Shown in pieces: positions 29,701 to 38,759 of a stretch of 64,000 nt of DNA. Each line of letters begins with the position of its first letter. Positions within the stretch are counted from its first letter, which is position 1. Where the stretch lies: positions 1 through 64,000 of the forward strand of contig JAWOCD010000085.1 in NCBI GenBank assembly GCA_046483985.1. The letters are read 5' to 3'. Source of the stretch: Promethearchaeia archaeon (GTDB lineage: Archaea; Asgardarchaeota; Lokiarchaeia; Sigyniarchaeales; SOKP01). Made by a program: the position numbers and the translations under genes. Under the pieces are notes generated by a model, which saw only the letters and a program-made list of their open reading frames with translations, was not told where the DNA came from and searched no databases.

Positions 29701-30099
29701 ACTACACTAAAAGAGATAATTAAAACTTCAGATGATAAGGTCAAAGCTGCGGGGACAAAATTGTTGAAAATCTATAGAGACAAAATTGATCAAGTTTTTA
29801 TGCTAGCTATTGAATTATTAGATCATGAGAATGAAATTGTAAGAGATAGCATGATGAATTCGTTGACCGAAATAATTCAAGATATGGGATTGGACCTCCT
29901 AATTCCAAAACTTCTCAAGAATCTTAGTGATGAGCACTCACTTACTTTACAACGCTCCATTGCTCGAATCTTGGGAAGGACTGTAAAATATGAAAATGAG
30001 AAACTCAAAAAACGAGTCATTTCGCTCTTGAAAATTCGCTGCGAAATGAGTCAAGATCCGGTCATTTGTAAAATTTTAAATGAATTAAGGGAAAGCTAA
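26704..30099 (+). CDS. Polytopic membrane protein fused to a long HEAT-repeat solenoid
   Basis: About 9 hydrophobic segments in the first ~380 aa, then many HEAT units (LMRDPSSEVRASVF, GLKDEEWNVREASV, LLSDEQMWVRRSAL). ORF track starts at 26653; the ATG at 26704 is more likely. Confidence 0.8.
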   Translation: MFNNTTSIVLFIIFLAAFASGFFLIYRQVALVKKGEFEILDTLQCVLYGFIFSMAIMVVMGMAFIFAVNTQSFWEPTPLNPNPPTPPEINPLWLIFPVFFCLAYLTFYPLIDFLFIALSKESDKGLTIFHRYIGNYIINTTDSKIFSVISAICFYLGVFILPPYLLYLFLDLPLLVIFITWILGYPLMVLTFYGAKGWVAGFSNTIFHIEQRSFFLGFEDPERVMEEAKDFPNVTGPRILMGMMLFVFVWIWISMFQTLSFYFSGDMPISPYSFAGLVFVTLIFGVIGYFTRYWSRQIKYRSIDISFAGYLMACIGINVLANFLIVNANKLESSFNYTIIGLYELVPNYLSLAFAAVIEEVFLVTFICYFLFAKTDFTQNLKYSKINECGQIFDPIPLFNFLRSNDPKIRKQAEETVLLMFERIPLKEDVDLNKNIFKNTLIDGLCDLNPYAQKVSYQILTQLERDVPDLVLPWIIENLESPNYDKSIPFARSLTTADIDLVKKVPPEIIFNLIQDLEWRLKLIGLDILSRLAKVEDEIVLTLLMKKHLLNDLVNDPDGEVQVKILNILADTEVVLPLTSIIDRLDDSNSQIKAAAIRNIKNIKEENLDSQVVSKLIPLMRDPSSEVRASVFEVLAKIGHFQKYFIPNLPFLEGLTDLNKEVRKASIIALERYFDEQPESLDLDMIINRIDPNNEEIVNSALTLLGRLWDKNPEKILTTLLGFIKLENQSLKENISNILVERYESNPDLIIDNLIEIPDVSKFITKGIITKTLIKIGELDPHNVIPKLVSFLNSKNKDTKLNAIRALEELVSNFPDKVKLKPFLVILRQEKNKKIKKEAAKVISKVAQVEPNALKPLVSVILQAMHEQENSVKLVLGKSLLQISQESPEILPVRPIINLYNDEDSFIRETAAKTLGNIGYKAPRECIRALLDKGLKDEEWNVREASVTSLGDLIEYVDNKEMLISSLVKLLSDEQMWVRRSALNILADLKNLGPKDLPFTTLKEIIKTSDDKVKAAGTKLLKIYRDKIDQVFMLAIELLDHENEIVRDSMMNSLTEIIQDMGLDLLIPKLLKNLSDEHSLTLQRSIARILGRTVKYENEKLKKRVISLLKIRCEMSQDPVICKILNELRES

Positions 30100-30254
30100 G
30101 ATTGGATTATTACTAAATTCTTACCCCTTCTCTCGTTATATATTCTCTTTTATCTATCATTTAATAAAATTCTTAATTATTTTTAGTCTAATATCAGAAT
30201 TTTAAAACCATCCGACAATAATTTTTGTTATAATCTATCTTAAAGTGATAAAAT

Positions 30255-33200
30255 ATGACGACTCCAAGTTCTAAACCCACGAAGCCTATGAATCCCACCC
30301 AAGAATTTGAGGACTTTTTCCGGTATTATTTAGAGAAGCCTGGGGTTTATAAGTATCATGAACAGATCAAACGGATTGATTCTAAAGGTGAAAATACCCT
30401 TGTGATCTTATATGAAGATCTCTTGAATCATAAATATAAACTTGCAAAAATGTTGGAAGAAGATCCGGAAAATATGCTGGAACACGCAGTTAAAGCTTTC
30501 AAAAATCTTCTTAAGTTTGAATCCGGGGGAAAGTTAAACCATGAACGATATTTTGTCAGGGTGGCCACCAAAGACGATAAAAGTCCGTTAACGGTTCCAA
30601 TCCGACAAATGCGCGCCGAAAACATAGATAACTTGGTTTGGTTTAAAGGAATACTGATTCGCAGCTCAAAAATTCGTCCAAAATTGACAAAAGCCTCTTT
30701 TGAATGCCTCTTATGCGGGACGCAATTCGAAGTGGTGCAGTTAACTTCAAAAATTAAATGGCCAAAATTCTGTATCAATAAACAATGTAAAGCGAAGGCG
30801 CAAAATGATTTTAAATTAATTACAAGAGATTCCGAGTTTATAGATTGGCAGAGTATTACCATCCAAGAGATTCCAGAAGACTTACCCGCTGGCCGCATCC
30901 CACGCTCGGTCCAAGCAATCCTTACTCATGATCTAGTGGATTATGTCAAACCGGGTGATCGAGTATCGATAATGGGAATCTATAAATCCGTTATTGCGGG
31001 CTCCATTCGAAGCAACAATTCTAATCTGTTTAAAACGTATATCAAGGTTAATTACGTTGATCCAGAAGATAAAAGCGATTTAGATATTGACATTTCCAAA
31101 GACGACAAAAAAGCCATTCAACAACTTTCACAGGAACCGATGGTTCAAAGAAAGATCTCACGCTCAATCGCACCTCAAATATTTGGAAGAGAGCAACTTA
31201 AAATGGCTTGCGCATTAAGTTTGTTTGGAGGTACCAAGAAAAAAAAACCAGGAGGGGGGTGGAAACGGGGGGATATTCATGTATTATTCGTTGGTGACCC
31301 AGGAACCGGAAAGAGTGAAATCATTAAATCGGCAGTCGAAGTTTCACCACGGGGGTTATATACCTCTGGAAAAGGAGCTTCCGCAGTAGGTCTGACCGCT
31401 GCAGTTATCAAAGATGCGGATACGGGACAGATGAATTTGGAGGCCGGCGCCATTGTATTAGCTAACGGAGGAGTTGCAGCTATTGACGAGTTTGATAAAA
31501 TGGATAAAGCAGACAGGTCCGCGCTCCATGAGGCGATGGAACAACAGTCCTATCATTACGACACGGAAATATTAGATGTGAACGGGAAAAAAATCAAAAT
31601 CGGGAAATATGTTGATGATTTGTTGGAAAACAATGCTGACGATGTAGTTAAAGGCGTTAATTGTGAAATCCTCCCTCATGAAGATATAGGCCTTTATACA
31701 ACAGATTTTCAAAAAATTTATAAAACTAAGATACACCGTGTGAGTCGCCATAAATCTCCAGATAGATTTTACCAAATCAAATTTTCAAACGGAAGAACTA
31801 TCAAGGTTACCCCTGAACATCCTATTTTCGTATTTAGAAATGGAAAACTTGCCACAGTAGATGCTAAGGATTGTAAAGTAAATGATTTTATCCCAATTCC
31901 TGAATATCTTCCAAATTCATCTCAGCCGATCATGCTAGGTTCTACTCGTTTTAAACCGCGCCCTACCGCTGAGGAAATCGTATTTCCCGAGGTATTGACT
32001 CCTAATTTAGCCCGTATATTGGGTTATCTTATTGCCGAGGGGCATTCTTATGTTGGCTCATCAACAGAAATAGGATTTACCACTAGGGATGAGAAATTAC
32101 TGGATGAGTTTTACAACCTAATGGAACAAGTTTTCCAAATCTTGCCGAACATTAATCGACGAGATGATGGTAGATGTACTTTGAGATATACCTCTGTAGA
32201 GTTATATAAATGGTTTAAACTCAATTTCCCCGAAATAATGGTTAAATCGATTCATAAAAGGATTCCTAAAAAAATTATGGGCGCATCGAAGGAAATTGCT
32301 GAAGAATTCATAAAGACTTCATTTAAAGGGGATGGAAGTGTTGAATCAACATCTATCTGCTATAAAACGGCATGTAAAGGATTTTCCGAGGATTATCAAG
32401 ACTTATTACTAAAATTAGGAATTCAATCTCGCATTATAGTTGATTCTAATAATGATTCATTCAATGTTTATATAAGAGGACAATCTCTAATTGATTTTTT
32501 TCATATAATAGTGGAAAAAGACGATAGGCGATACAAACAAATCAAGAACATAATTAAACTCAACAAAACAGAAACTAATCACCATGATATCTTTCCCACC
32601 TCAATTATTGAGGAAATACTACAAATTAAAAAAGCACTTTCAATGAAGATTACAAGACCTTATTGGCGATACTCAAAAAAAGGAGAGGGAATCACTCGTA
32701 ATAACTTAATTAAACAGATCCGCAAGATAGAATCCCGGATCGGGAAAATCAAAGATTATATTGGTAAGGAAAAAACCATAAAGGCTATTAAAAAGTCGGG
32801 CTTTTCCCAGCAAAAAATATCTGAAATAGCCTCGGTAACCCGTTCTAATATCGATTACTATGGAAAAGGAGGTTACGATAAATTTAAAGGAAATGAACTG
32901 AACCGAAAGGTGGTATTTTCCGTATTAGACCATTTTGAGGATTTAGAAAAGCGAATTCAGAGAATAAAAAACTTGGTAAGTTCGGAAATATTATGGGATA
33001 GGATAAAAAGTATAAAAGTAATAAAAAATAAAGGAGAGAATTATAGACCCTACGTTTACGACCTCACTGTAGAGCCCACTCACACATTCATCAGTAACGG
33101 ATTAGTTCTGCATAATACAGTTAGCATAGCCAAGGCGGGCATTGTAGCCACTTTAAAAGCGGAAACTGCGGTGGTGGCGGCAGCAAACCCTCATTTTGGG

Positions 33201-33953
33201 AGATATGACAGTTATAAGACTCCCACGCAAAATATCAGGATGCCACCTTCCTTGCTCTCCAGATTTGATTTGATCTTTGTGGTAAAGGATAAACCTGATA
33301 AGTCCTACGATGCCCAACTTGCTGAATTTATCTTAAAAAATGCAATGGGAAAATTTGGAGAAGATGAAGATGGTAAAGGAAAAAGCGAGTCACCAATCCA
33401 ACATGAGCTCTTGAAGAAGTATATTAAGCATGCAAGGCGTAATTGCAAACCGATTCTGACTCATGATGCAAAGGAACGGATAAAAGAGTATTATTTGGAT
33501 CTTCGGGGAAAATCTGACAGCGAAGAGGCGATTATTTCGATTTTAGCCAGAAATCTTGATGCGCTTATCCGGATGAGCGAAGCATATGCCAAAATGGCGT
33601 TGAGAGAAAAAGTTCTTGAGGATGATGTGAAGGAAGTGATTAAACTGTTTGATAGGTTTCTCACAGATACAGGATATGACGAGGCGACAGGTAAGATAGA
33701 TGTAGATAGGATTGTTGCGGGCGAATCGCGAAGTAAATTAAATAAGCTTGAAAATCTATTAGATCGGATGAAGGAAATGTTTTCGGAGAATAATTGGCAA
33801 GAACTTCAAAGGAAAGATATCATTCAAAGCTTAGAATTAGAGGAGGATTTGGATAAGAAATTTGTCCAAGATGCACTTGAAAATTTGATAAGAGACGGAG
33901 ATATTTATGAGCCTAAGCCCGGCTATATCAAGTTTACAAGAAAACAAACGTAA
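30255..33953 (+). CDS. mcm: MCM replicative helicase containing one intein
   Basis: Zn finger CLLC...CINKQC; Walker A GDPGTGKS; Walker B IDEFDKM; AAANP; SLLSRFD arginine finger; C-terminal winged helix. Extein is 709 aa. Confidence 0.97.
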   Translation: MTTPSSKPTKPMNPTQEFEDFFRYYLEKPGVYKYHEQIKRIDSKGENTLVILYEDLLNHKYKLAKMLEEDPENMLEHAVKAFKNLLKFESGGKLNHERYFVRVATKDDKSPLTVPIRQMRAENIDNLVWFKGILIRSSKIRPKLTKASFECLLCGTQFEVVQLTSKIKWPKFCINKQCKAKAQNDFKLITRDSEFIDWQSITIQEIPEDLPAGRIPRSVQAILTHDLVDYVKPGDRVSIMGIYKSVIAGSIRSNNSNLFKTYIKVNYVDPEDKSDLDIDISKDDKKAIQQLSQEPMVQRKISRSIAPQIFGREQLKMACALSLFGGTKKKKPGGGWKRGDIHVLFVGDPGTGKSEIIKSAVEVSPRGLYTSGKGASAVGLTAAVIKDADTGQMNLEAGAIVLANGGVAAIDEFDKMDKADRSALHEAMEQQSYHYDTEILDVNGKKIKIGKYVDDLLENNADDVVKGVNCEILPHEDIGLYTTDFQKIYKTKIHRVSRHKSPDRFYQIKFSNGRTIKVTPEHPIFVFRNGKLATVDAKDCKVNDFIPIPEYLPNSSQPIMLGSTRFKPRPTAEEIVFPEVLTPNLARILGYLIAEGHSYVGSSTEIGFTTRDEKLLDEFYNLMEQVFQILPNINRRDDGRCTLRYTSVELYKWFKLNFPEIMVKSIHKRIPKKIMGASKEIAEEFIKTSFKGDGSVESTSICYKTACKGFSEDYQDLLLKLGIQSRIIVDSNNDSFNVYIRGQSLIDFFHIIVEKDDRRYKQIKNIIKLNKTETNHHDIFPTSIIEEILQIKKALSMKITRPYWRYSKKGEGITRNNLIKQIRKIESRIGKIKDYIGKEKTIKAIKKSGFSQQKISEIASVTRSNIDYYGKGGYDKFKGNELNRKVVFSVLDHFEDLEKRIQRIKNLVSSEILWDRIKSIKVIKNKGENYRPYVYDLTVEPTHTFISNGLVLHNTVSIAKAGIVATLKAETAVVAAANPHFGRYDSYKTPTQNIRMPPSLLSRFDLIFVVKDKPDKSYDAQLAEFILKNAMGKFGEDEDGKGKSESPIQHELLKKYIKHARRNCKPILTHDAKERIKEYYLDLRGKSDSEEAIISILARNLDALIRMSEAYAKMALREKVLEDDVKEVIKLFDRFLTDTGYDEATGKIDVDRIVAGESRSKLNKLENLLDRMKEMFSENNWQELQRKDIIQSLELEEDLDKKFVQDALENLIRDGDIYEPKPGYIKFTRKQT
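31548..33116 (+). mobile_element. Intein (523 aa, Ser1...His-Asn, +1 Thr) with LAGLIDADG homing endonuclease
   Basis: Interrupts the conserved HEAMEQQ|TVSIAKAG. Starts SYHYDTEI; block B VTPEHPIF; LAGLIDADG-like LGYLIAEG and SFKGDGS; ends VYDLTVEPTHTFISNGLVLHN. Confidence 0.95.
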
Positions 33954-34026
33954 TCTCTTTCATTTTAAAAGTATATATTTCATAAAAACAAGATTCAAAT
34001 TCCTTCTTATTTTAGTTTCTGTAGAG

Positions 34027-34596
34027 ATGAATATTTTAATTCAAAATTTAAAAGATGCTATTGTTGGTGAAACTAAAGCAAATCTGAAATACAATCTATT
34101 TGCAGAGCGGGCTCGACAAGAAAACCTTCCCGAAGTTGCAGAATTGTTCAAAGCAGTCGCATTTGCCGAAACGATTCATATTAAAAACCATACAAGGGCT
34201 TTATCAGTGCTGACCGATTCTGAAGTAGAAACTTCGGAGTTTGTACATATTGACGATGAGCAAATAAGAGAGCAAGTAAAAAGTACCAAAGAGAATCTTG
34301 AAAACGCAATTGACGGAGAAATCTACGAGACAAAAACAATGTATAAAAATTATGTAAAAAATGCCGATGATCAGAATGAAATTACCGTGAGATTGTCGTT
34401 TTCTCTGGCCAGAGAAGCGGAAAAGATTCATGCAAAATTATACAAGAAATATCTAAAAAGGGTAGAAAAAGGAAAACCGATTGAGGGGAGAGATATCTAT
34501 GTATGTAAAATCTGCGGAAACGTTGAATTTGATGAAGCAACAGAGAATTGTCCGCTCTGTGATCACAGTCAACAATTTTTTGAAAAGGTCTCTTAG
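34027..34596 (+). CDS. rbr: Rubrerythrin
   Basis: AIVGETKA, AETIH, GEIYE, AEKIH diiron motifs; C-terminal rubredoxin CKIC...CPLC; start set to the ATG at 34027. Confidence 0.9.
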   Translation: MNILIQNLKDAIVGETKANLKYNLFAERARQENLPEVAELFKAVAFAETIHIKNHTRALSVLTDSEVETSEFVHIDDEQIREQVKSTKENLENAIDGEIYETKTMYKNYVKNADDQNEITVRLSFSLAREAEKIHAKLYKKYLKRVEKGKPIEGRDIYVCKICGNVEFDEATENCPLCDHSQQFFEKVS

Positions 34597-35029
34597 GATT
34601 TCTTCCATCTTGAAAGATTCAAATCCATTTGCATTGAGTAATACCGGCATCTTTTAAAAATCCGATCCTGCTCCAGTGATCTATTAACTGGTTTATAAAT
34701 CGTTCTGGAGGGATTTTCACCAATTCATAGTCCTGTGTAAGATTTTTTATGGTTCTAATCAGAGAAGCTACCATACAAAAGAATTTAAGGGGGCCAAGTA
34801 TTAAACATTTTAGTGAGGAGGCTTTTTATATTTTTGTAAAAAAAATTTGGTTATCCGACCTCACGAAAAATTTAGGGATGGGTATAAACATTATTTTAAT
34901 GAAAAATTGCTGAGTATCTTTACTTCTCGGGCTTATTCTAAACGAGTTTCAACGGTTCTTGGTAAACTTGAGAAGGACGGATCGGTTGACATCTTAAAAA
35001 TATAATAGGAAAAATAAAAACACAGATTT

Positions 35030-35734
35030 TTAAGGTTCTAAATAGACCCCGATAAAATAGGACGCTAGAAACGCAATTAATCCAACAATTATCATTTCAA
35101 TTCCGGATTTGATTGGAGGTTCTCCCGTAATTTTACTTTTCAACGACCCGGCGATAAAAAGCACGGAAAAAGATATCACAGACGATAAGATTAATGAAAT
35201 TAAGCCTAAATCCAAAAGATAAGGAAAAATCGAAATAAACGCTCCTAATATAAACGCGAAGAAAGTTAAAATTGCCCCTCTTGCCGGACTTTCGGGTTCC
35301 TCTAACCCTAATTCGCTGCTAATGAGAAAATCTTGCCAAGTTTCTTTGTCCGAAGTAATTTCCTCAACGGAAGACTCCAGAAGCTCCCCCTCAAACCCCA
35401 TATCTTTAAAGATTTCCCGAACTTCCATCTTCTCTTCTTCTGGAAGCAATTCAATTTCTGCTCTCTCTCTTTCCATTTCATTTTGGATATATTTGGCCTC
35501 AGATTTACTGGATATGTATTCCCCAAGTCCCATACTAAATGCGCCGGAAACCATAGCGGCAAGACCCGTCAAGACCACGTAAAAATTATCTCCAGTGGAA
35601 AGATATGTTGCAGTAGCAACTCCGATTAATAATGTAAACACAGAAATTAAGCCGTCGTTGAGCCCTAATATGATACTCCGTATTTTCCCTCCCCCAGCAA
35701 TATGTTCCTCGGAAAATTTCTCTTTGAAAGCCAT
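35030..35734 (-). CDS. VIT1/CCC1-family Fe/Mn transporter
   Basis: ILGLNDGL, SGAFSMGLGEYISSKSE, EELG-like motif and 5-TM pattern. Confidence 0.9.
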   Translation of the reverse strand: MAFKEKFSEEHIAGGGKIRSIILGLNDGLISVFTLLIGVATATYLSTGDNFYVVLTGLAAMVSGAFSMGLGEYISSKSEAKYIQNEMERERAEIELLPEEEKMEVREIFKDMGFEGELLESSVEEITSDKETWQDFLISSELGLEEPESPARGAILTFFAFILGAFISIFPYLLDLGLISLILSSVISFSVLFIAGSLKSKITGEPPIKSGIEMIIVGLIAFLASYFIGVYLEP

Positions 35735-35769
35735 AATTATATTAAAATTTCATAGCACTAAAAAATTAT

Positions 35770-37638
35770 TTAATGTAAAAAATTATCTAAATCTAATTCT
35801 TTAAGTTTTGAATTATTTGGTTTTCCCGTTTCGGGGTTCCAATCTCTTATATCGTAATAATAACGTTTTAATTTCCGAAAATTAGGTGATTTTCCTCTCA
35901 CCACCCCTTCATGTAACTCTTTTAAAAGAATTTCAGGGAGTCGATCATTTGACGGCGTTAACCCCATTTTAATATTAAACAAGCGTTTCATGGTAAATAT
36001 CCGTTCACCTAGTACTTTTATGCCTTCCACATCGATATCAAAACCTAATAACGAGTTAATCATTTCAGCCATATAGGAGGGGGGCGGGTTCGAGAAAATA
36101 CATGCAATTAAGCTGGAATACAATGCTCTATAATCTTGAAGCAAGGTGGTTGCTTTTGCCATTTCCTTACTGCTGGAATGCATATCTATTTTTTTAATCT
36201 TAAGCTCGGAAAAATCAATTTCGTTGGTTTTTCTAGACGCTTTATATACATCTGCTGTGGTGTGACATGCTCCGCGATGGCTAAATGCATACGTTAAAGC
36301 CATTCCAAAGCAAGATCGCGGATCGTGATAAGGCACTTCCAGTTGATTGACCGTTGCGATTTCTTCTGGACTGATACCGAATTTTTTCCCAACCGCGTTA
36401 GATCCTTCAGCTAGTAAATCTCCAATCCCCTCTCGATGGGCGATTTTCTCGATCAAAGTTAGCATCGCCTTGTAGTTCCCCCACTCTAACTCTAACCCTT
36501 CAACCTCATTTTTATCAATTTTACCTTCATTATAGAGCTTAAACATTAATGCGATTGTACCACTGGTACTGATTGTATCTAGACCGTACTTATTGCATAT
36601 ATCATTGGCAACAGCGATTGAATCCAAATTATTGTTGAGAATCATTGAACCAAACCCAGCGATAGTTTCATACTCTGGTCCCTCTACTTCTTTAGCCCTA
36701 TATTTATCACTCTCGATATTGACGATTCTTCCGCATCCGATGGGACATCCGTAACAAGCTTTGGCCTTCAAGAATAAATCCTCTTTATATTCTTCTGCTG
36801 AAATATCCATGACGTCTTCCCACTTTCCCTTAGACCAATATTTAATCGGCAAATCTCCCACCGCATATGCGCCTAAAACTCCAGAGCTTGTCCCATATGA
36901 GCGCATAATCTGAGTAGTATCAGTATCCAATATGAATTTCAGTGTTTTTTTAACACTCTCATCGAACTTTTCAGGATGGGCAATTTTCGGTTTTGAATCC
37001 TTTCCTCGTACTACGATTCCTTTGAGGTTTTTTGATCCTAAAACTGCCCCCATTCCCGTCCTTCCAGCAGATCTTCCCTCTGCGTTGATATTTGCATATT
37101 TAACTAAATTTTCGCCCGCTTGACCAATGCATAACACTTTAGCGTGATCATCATTTACCCTTTCCTTCAAAATCTTGCGGGTCTCTTTAATATTTTTTCC
37201 CCAAAGGCTTTTATCTGTTACAATTTTGATATTTGTATCTTCAATCTTTATATATACTGGGTCCTCTGCTTTTCCCTTTATCAGTATTCCATCAAAGCCA
37301 GCTTTCCTTAATTCTGGACCGAAAGTCCCCCCACAATTAGCTTCCCCCCACAATTGAGTATATGGCGATTTGGCACAAATGACAAACCTCCCGAAGCATG
37401 GGGCTTTTGTGGCAGAAAATGGTCCGTTCATAATCATCATGATATTATCTCGCCCTAAGGCATCAGTATCCTTCCCTATATATTCATATAAATATCTACA
37501 CACAAATCCAGCACCGCCCATAAACTTCTTTGCATATTTCTTATTTAAGGCTGTTACGGAAGCCTTAAGATCGGTAAGATCGACCTCGATCAGCTTCCCA
37601 GAAAAGCCATAGTATTTGTTTTTCACGCTTTCTTTCAT
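35770..37638 (-). CDS. aor: Tungsten-dependent aldehyde:ferredoxin oxidoreductase family protein
   Basis: KSP.T..WGEANCGG, AGRTGMGAVLGSKNLK, CYGCPIGC, EGPEYET, GLDTIS, LAEG and DRLP motifs. Confidence 0.92.
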   Translation of the reverse strand: MKESVKNKYYGFSGKLIEVDLTDLKASVTALNKKYAKKFMGGAGFVCRYLYEYIGKDTDALGRDNIMMIMNGPFSATKAPCFGRFVICAKSPYTQLWGEANCGGTFGPELRKAGFDGILIKGKAEDPVYIKIEDTNIKIVTDKSLWGKNIKETRKILKERVNDDHAKVLCIGQAGENLVKYANINAEGRSAGRTGMGAVLGSKNLKGIVVRGKDSKPKIAHPEKFDESVKKTLKFILDTDTTQIMRSYGTSSGVLGAYAVGDLPIKYWSKGKWEDVMDISAEEYKEDLFLKAKACYGCPIGCGRIVNIESDKYRAKEVEGPEYETIAGFGSMILNNNLDSIAVANDICNKYGLDTISTSGTIALMFKLYNEGKIDKNEVEGLELEWGNYKAMLTLIEKIAHREGIGDLLAEGSNAVGKKFGISPEEIATVNQLEVPYHDPRSCFGMALTYAFSHRGACHTTADVYKASRKTNEIDFSELKIKKIDMHSSSKEMAKATTLLQDYRALYSSLIACIFSNPPPSYMAEMINSLLGFDIDVEGIKVLGERIFTMKRLFNIKMGLTPSNDRLPEILLKELHEGVVRGKSPNFRKLKRYYYDIRDWNPETGKPNNSKLKELDLDNFLH

Positions 37639-37766
37639 CTTTACCCAAAAATTATTATCCTAAATTTATCTACAAATCAAATATAGTATGTAGGTAAAAA
37701 TTATAATAACAATAAATTTTATCATTATTCAACCATAAAAAAGTAAAAATATGATTTTAAAAAATA

Positions 37767-38759
37767 GTGAAAAGGATGAGAGCGGCAGTTTTTGAGGATG
37801 TTCGAAAAATTTCCTATGAAGAAGATTATCCCAAGCCAGAAATCACTCCCGACCAAGTGTTGGTCAAGGTCGCTTATTGTGCTATCTGTGGCACTGATGT
37901 GACTAATTATAAAAAGAAATTATATCAAACTCCAGTGGTGATGGGTCATGAATTTTCAGGTACCATTGATAAGATAGGAAAAAATGTGCAAGGATTTCAA
38001 GTAGGGGATAAAGTCGTGGGTATTAATGTTTTATTGGAGATTGGGCGTTCAGATTCTGGAGGGATGGGCATTTTCAAAGATGGAGGGTTTGCAGAATATG
38101 TGGCGGTTCATAAAAACGATTTGTTTCATGTTCCCTCGCCCAATTCGCTAAAAGAGTGTTCCATGATAGAATCATTTGCTGTCTCCGTCCGGGCATTCAA
38201 ACGATGTAATATGTCTAAACATCAGAAGATTGTAATTATAGGCGGTGGAAATATAGGGCTAGGGGCACTTAATATTCTAAAGAACCAATATGATCCGGAA
38301 TATGCAGTGGTGGTTGAAATCTATGAACCTTTAAGAAAAAAAGCGAAAGAATTGGGTGCAGATGATACTCTTCCTCCCAGCAAGGCGAAATTAAGGAGAT
38401 ATTTCAGAAAAAACGGAGAACCCGATTATATCCTTGATTGTGCGGGAAACGACAAGACATTCGATCTGGCTATTAATACGATAAAAAGGGGGGGAACGAT
38501 TGTGTTAGAAGGAATCTATAAAGGCAATGTCGAATTCCCTCTATTTTTAATGAATAATAAGGAAATCACGCTTATTGGCACTTTATCTCATGACCGAGAA
38601 GACGTACAAGATACAATTGATCTCTTTACTAGTGGAAATGTTCAACCTGCCAAATTAATCTCTGATGTTATTCCTTTATCCGAAATACAAGAAGAAGGGT
38701 TCGAGCGCTATATGACTGATCAAGAAAGAGATTTTATCAAAATATTAGTGGAAATCTAA
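37767..38759 (+). CDS. Zinc-dependent medium-chain alcohol dehydrogenase
   Basis: ICGTD, GHEFSG, GGFAEY, GGGNIG; lacks the four-Cys structural zinc lobe. Confidence 0.88.
   Translation: MKRMRAAVFEDVRKISYEEDYPKPEITPDQVLVKVAYCAICGTDVTNYKKKLYQTPVVMGHEFSGTIDKIGKNVQGFQVGDKVVGINVLLEIGRSDSGGMGIFKDGGFAEYVAVHKNDLFHVPSPNSLKECSMIESFAVSVRAFKRCNMSKHQKIVIIGGGNIGLGALNILKNQYDPEYAVVVEIYEPLRKKAKELGADDTLPPSKAKLRRYFRKNGEPDYILDCAGNDKTFDLAINTIKRGGTIVLEGIYKGNVEFPLFLMNNKEITLIGTLSHDREDVQDTIDLFTSGNVQPAKLISDVIPLSEIQEEGFERYMTDQERDFIKILVEI

Noticed and set aside
33907-34026. N-terminal extension of the rubrerythrin ORF overlapping mcm
   Set aside because: Homology begins at MNILIQNL; the extension spans the mcm end and AT-rich spacer.
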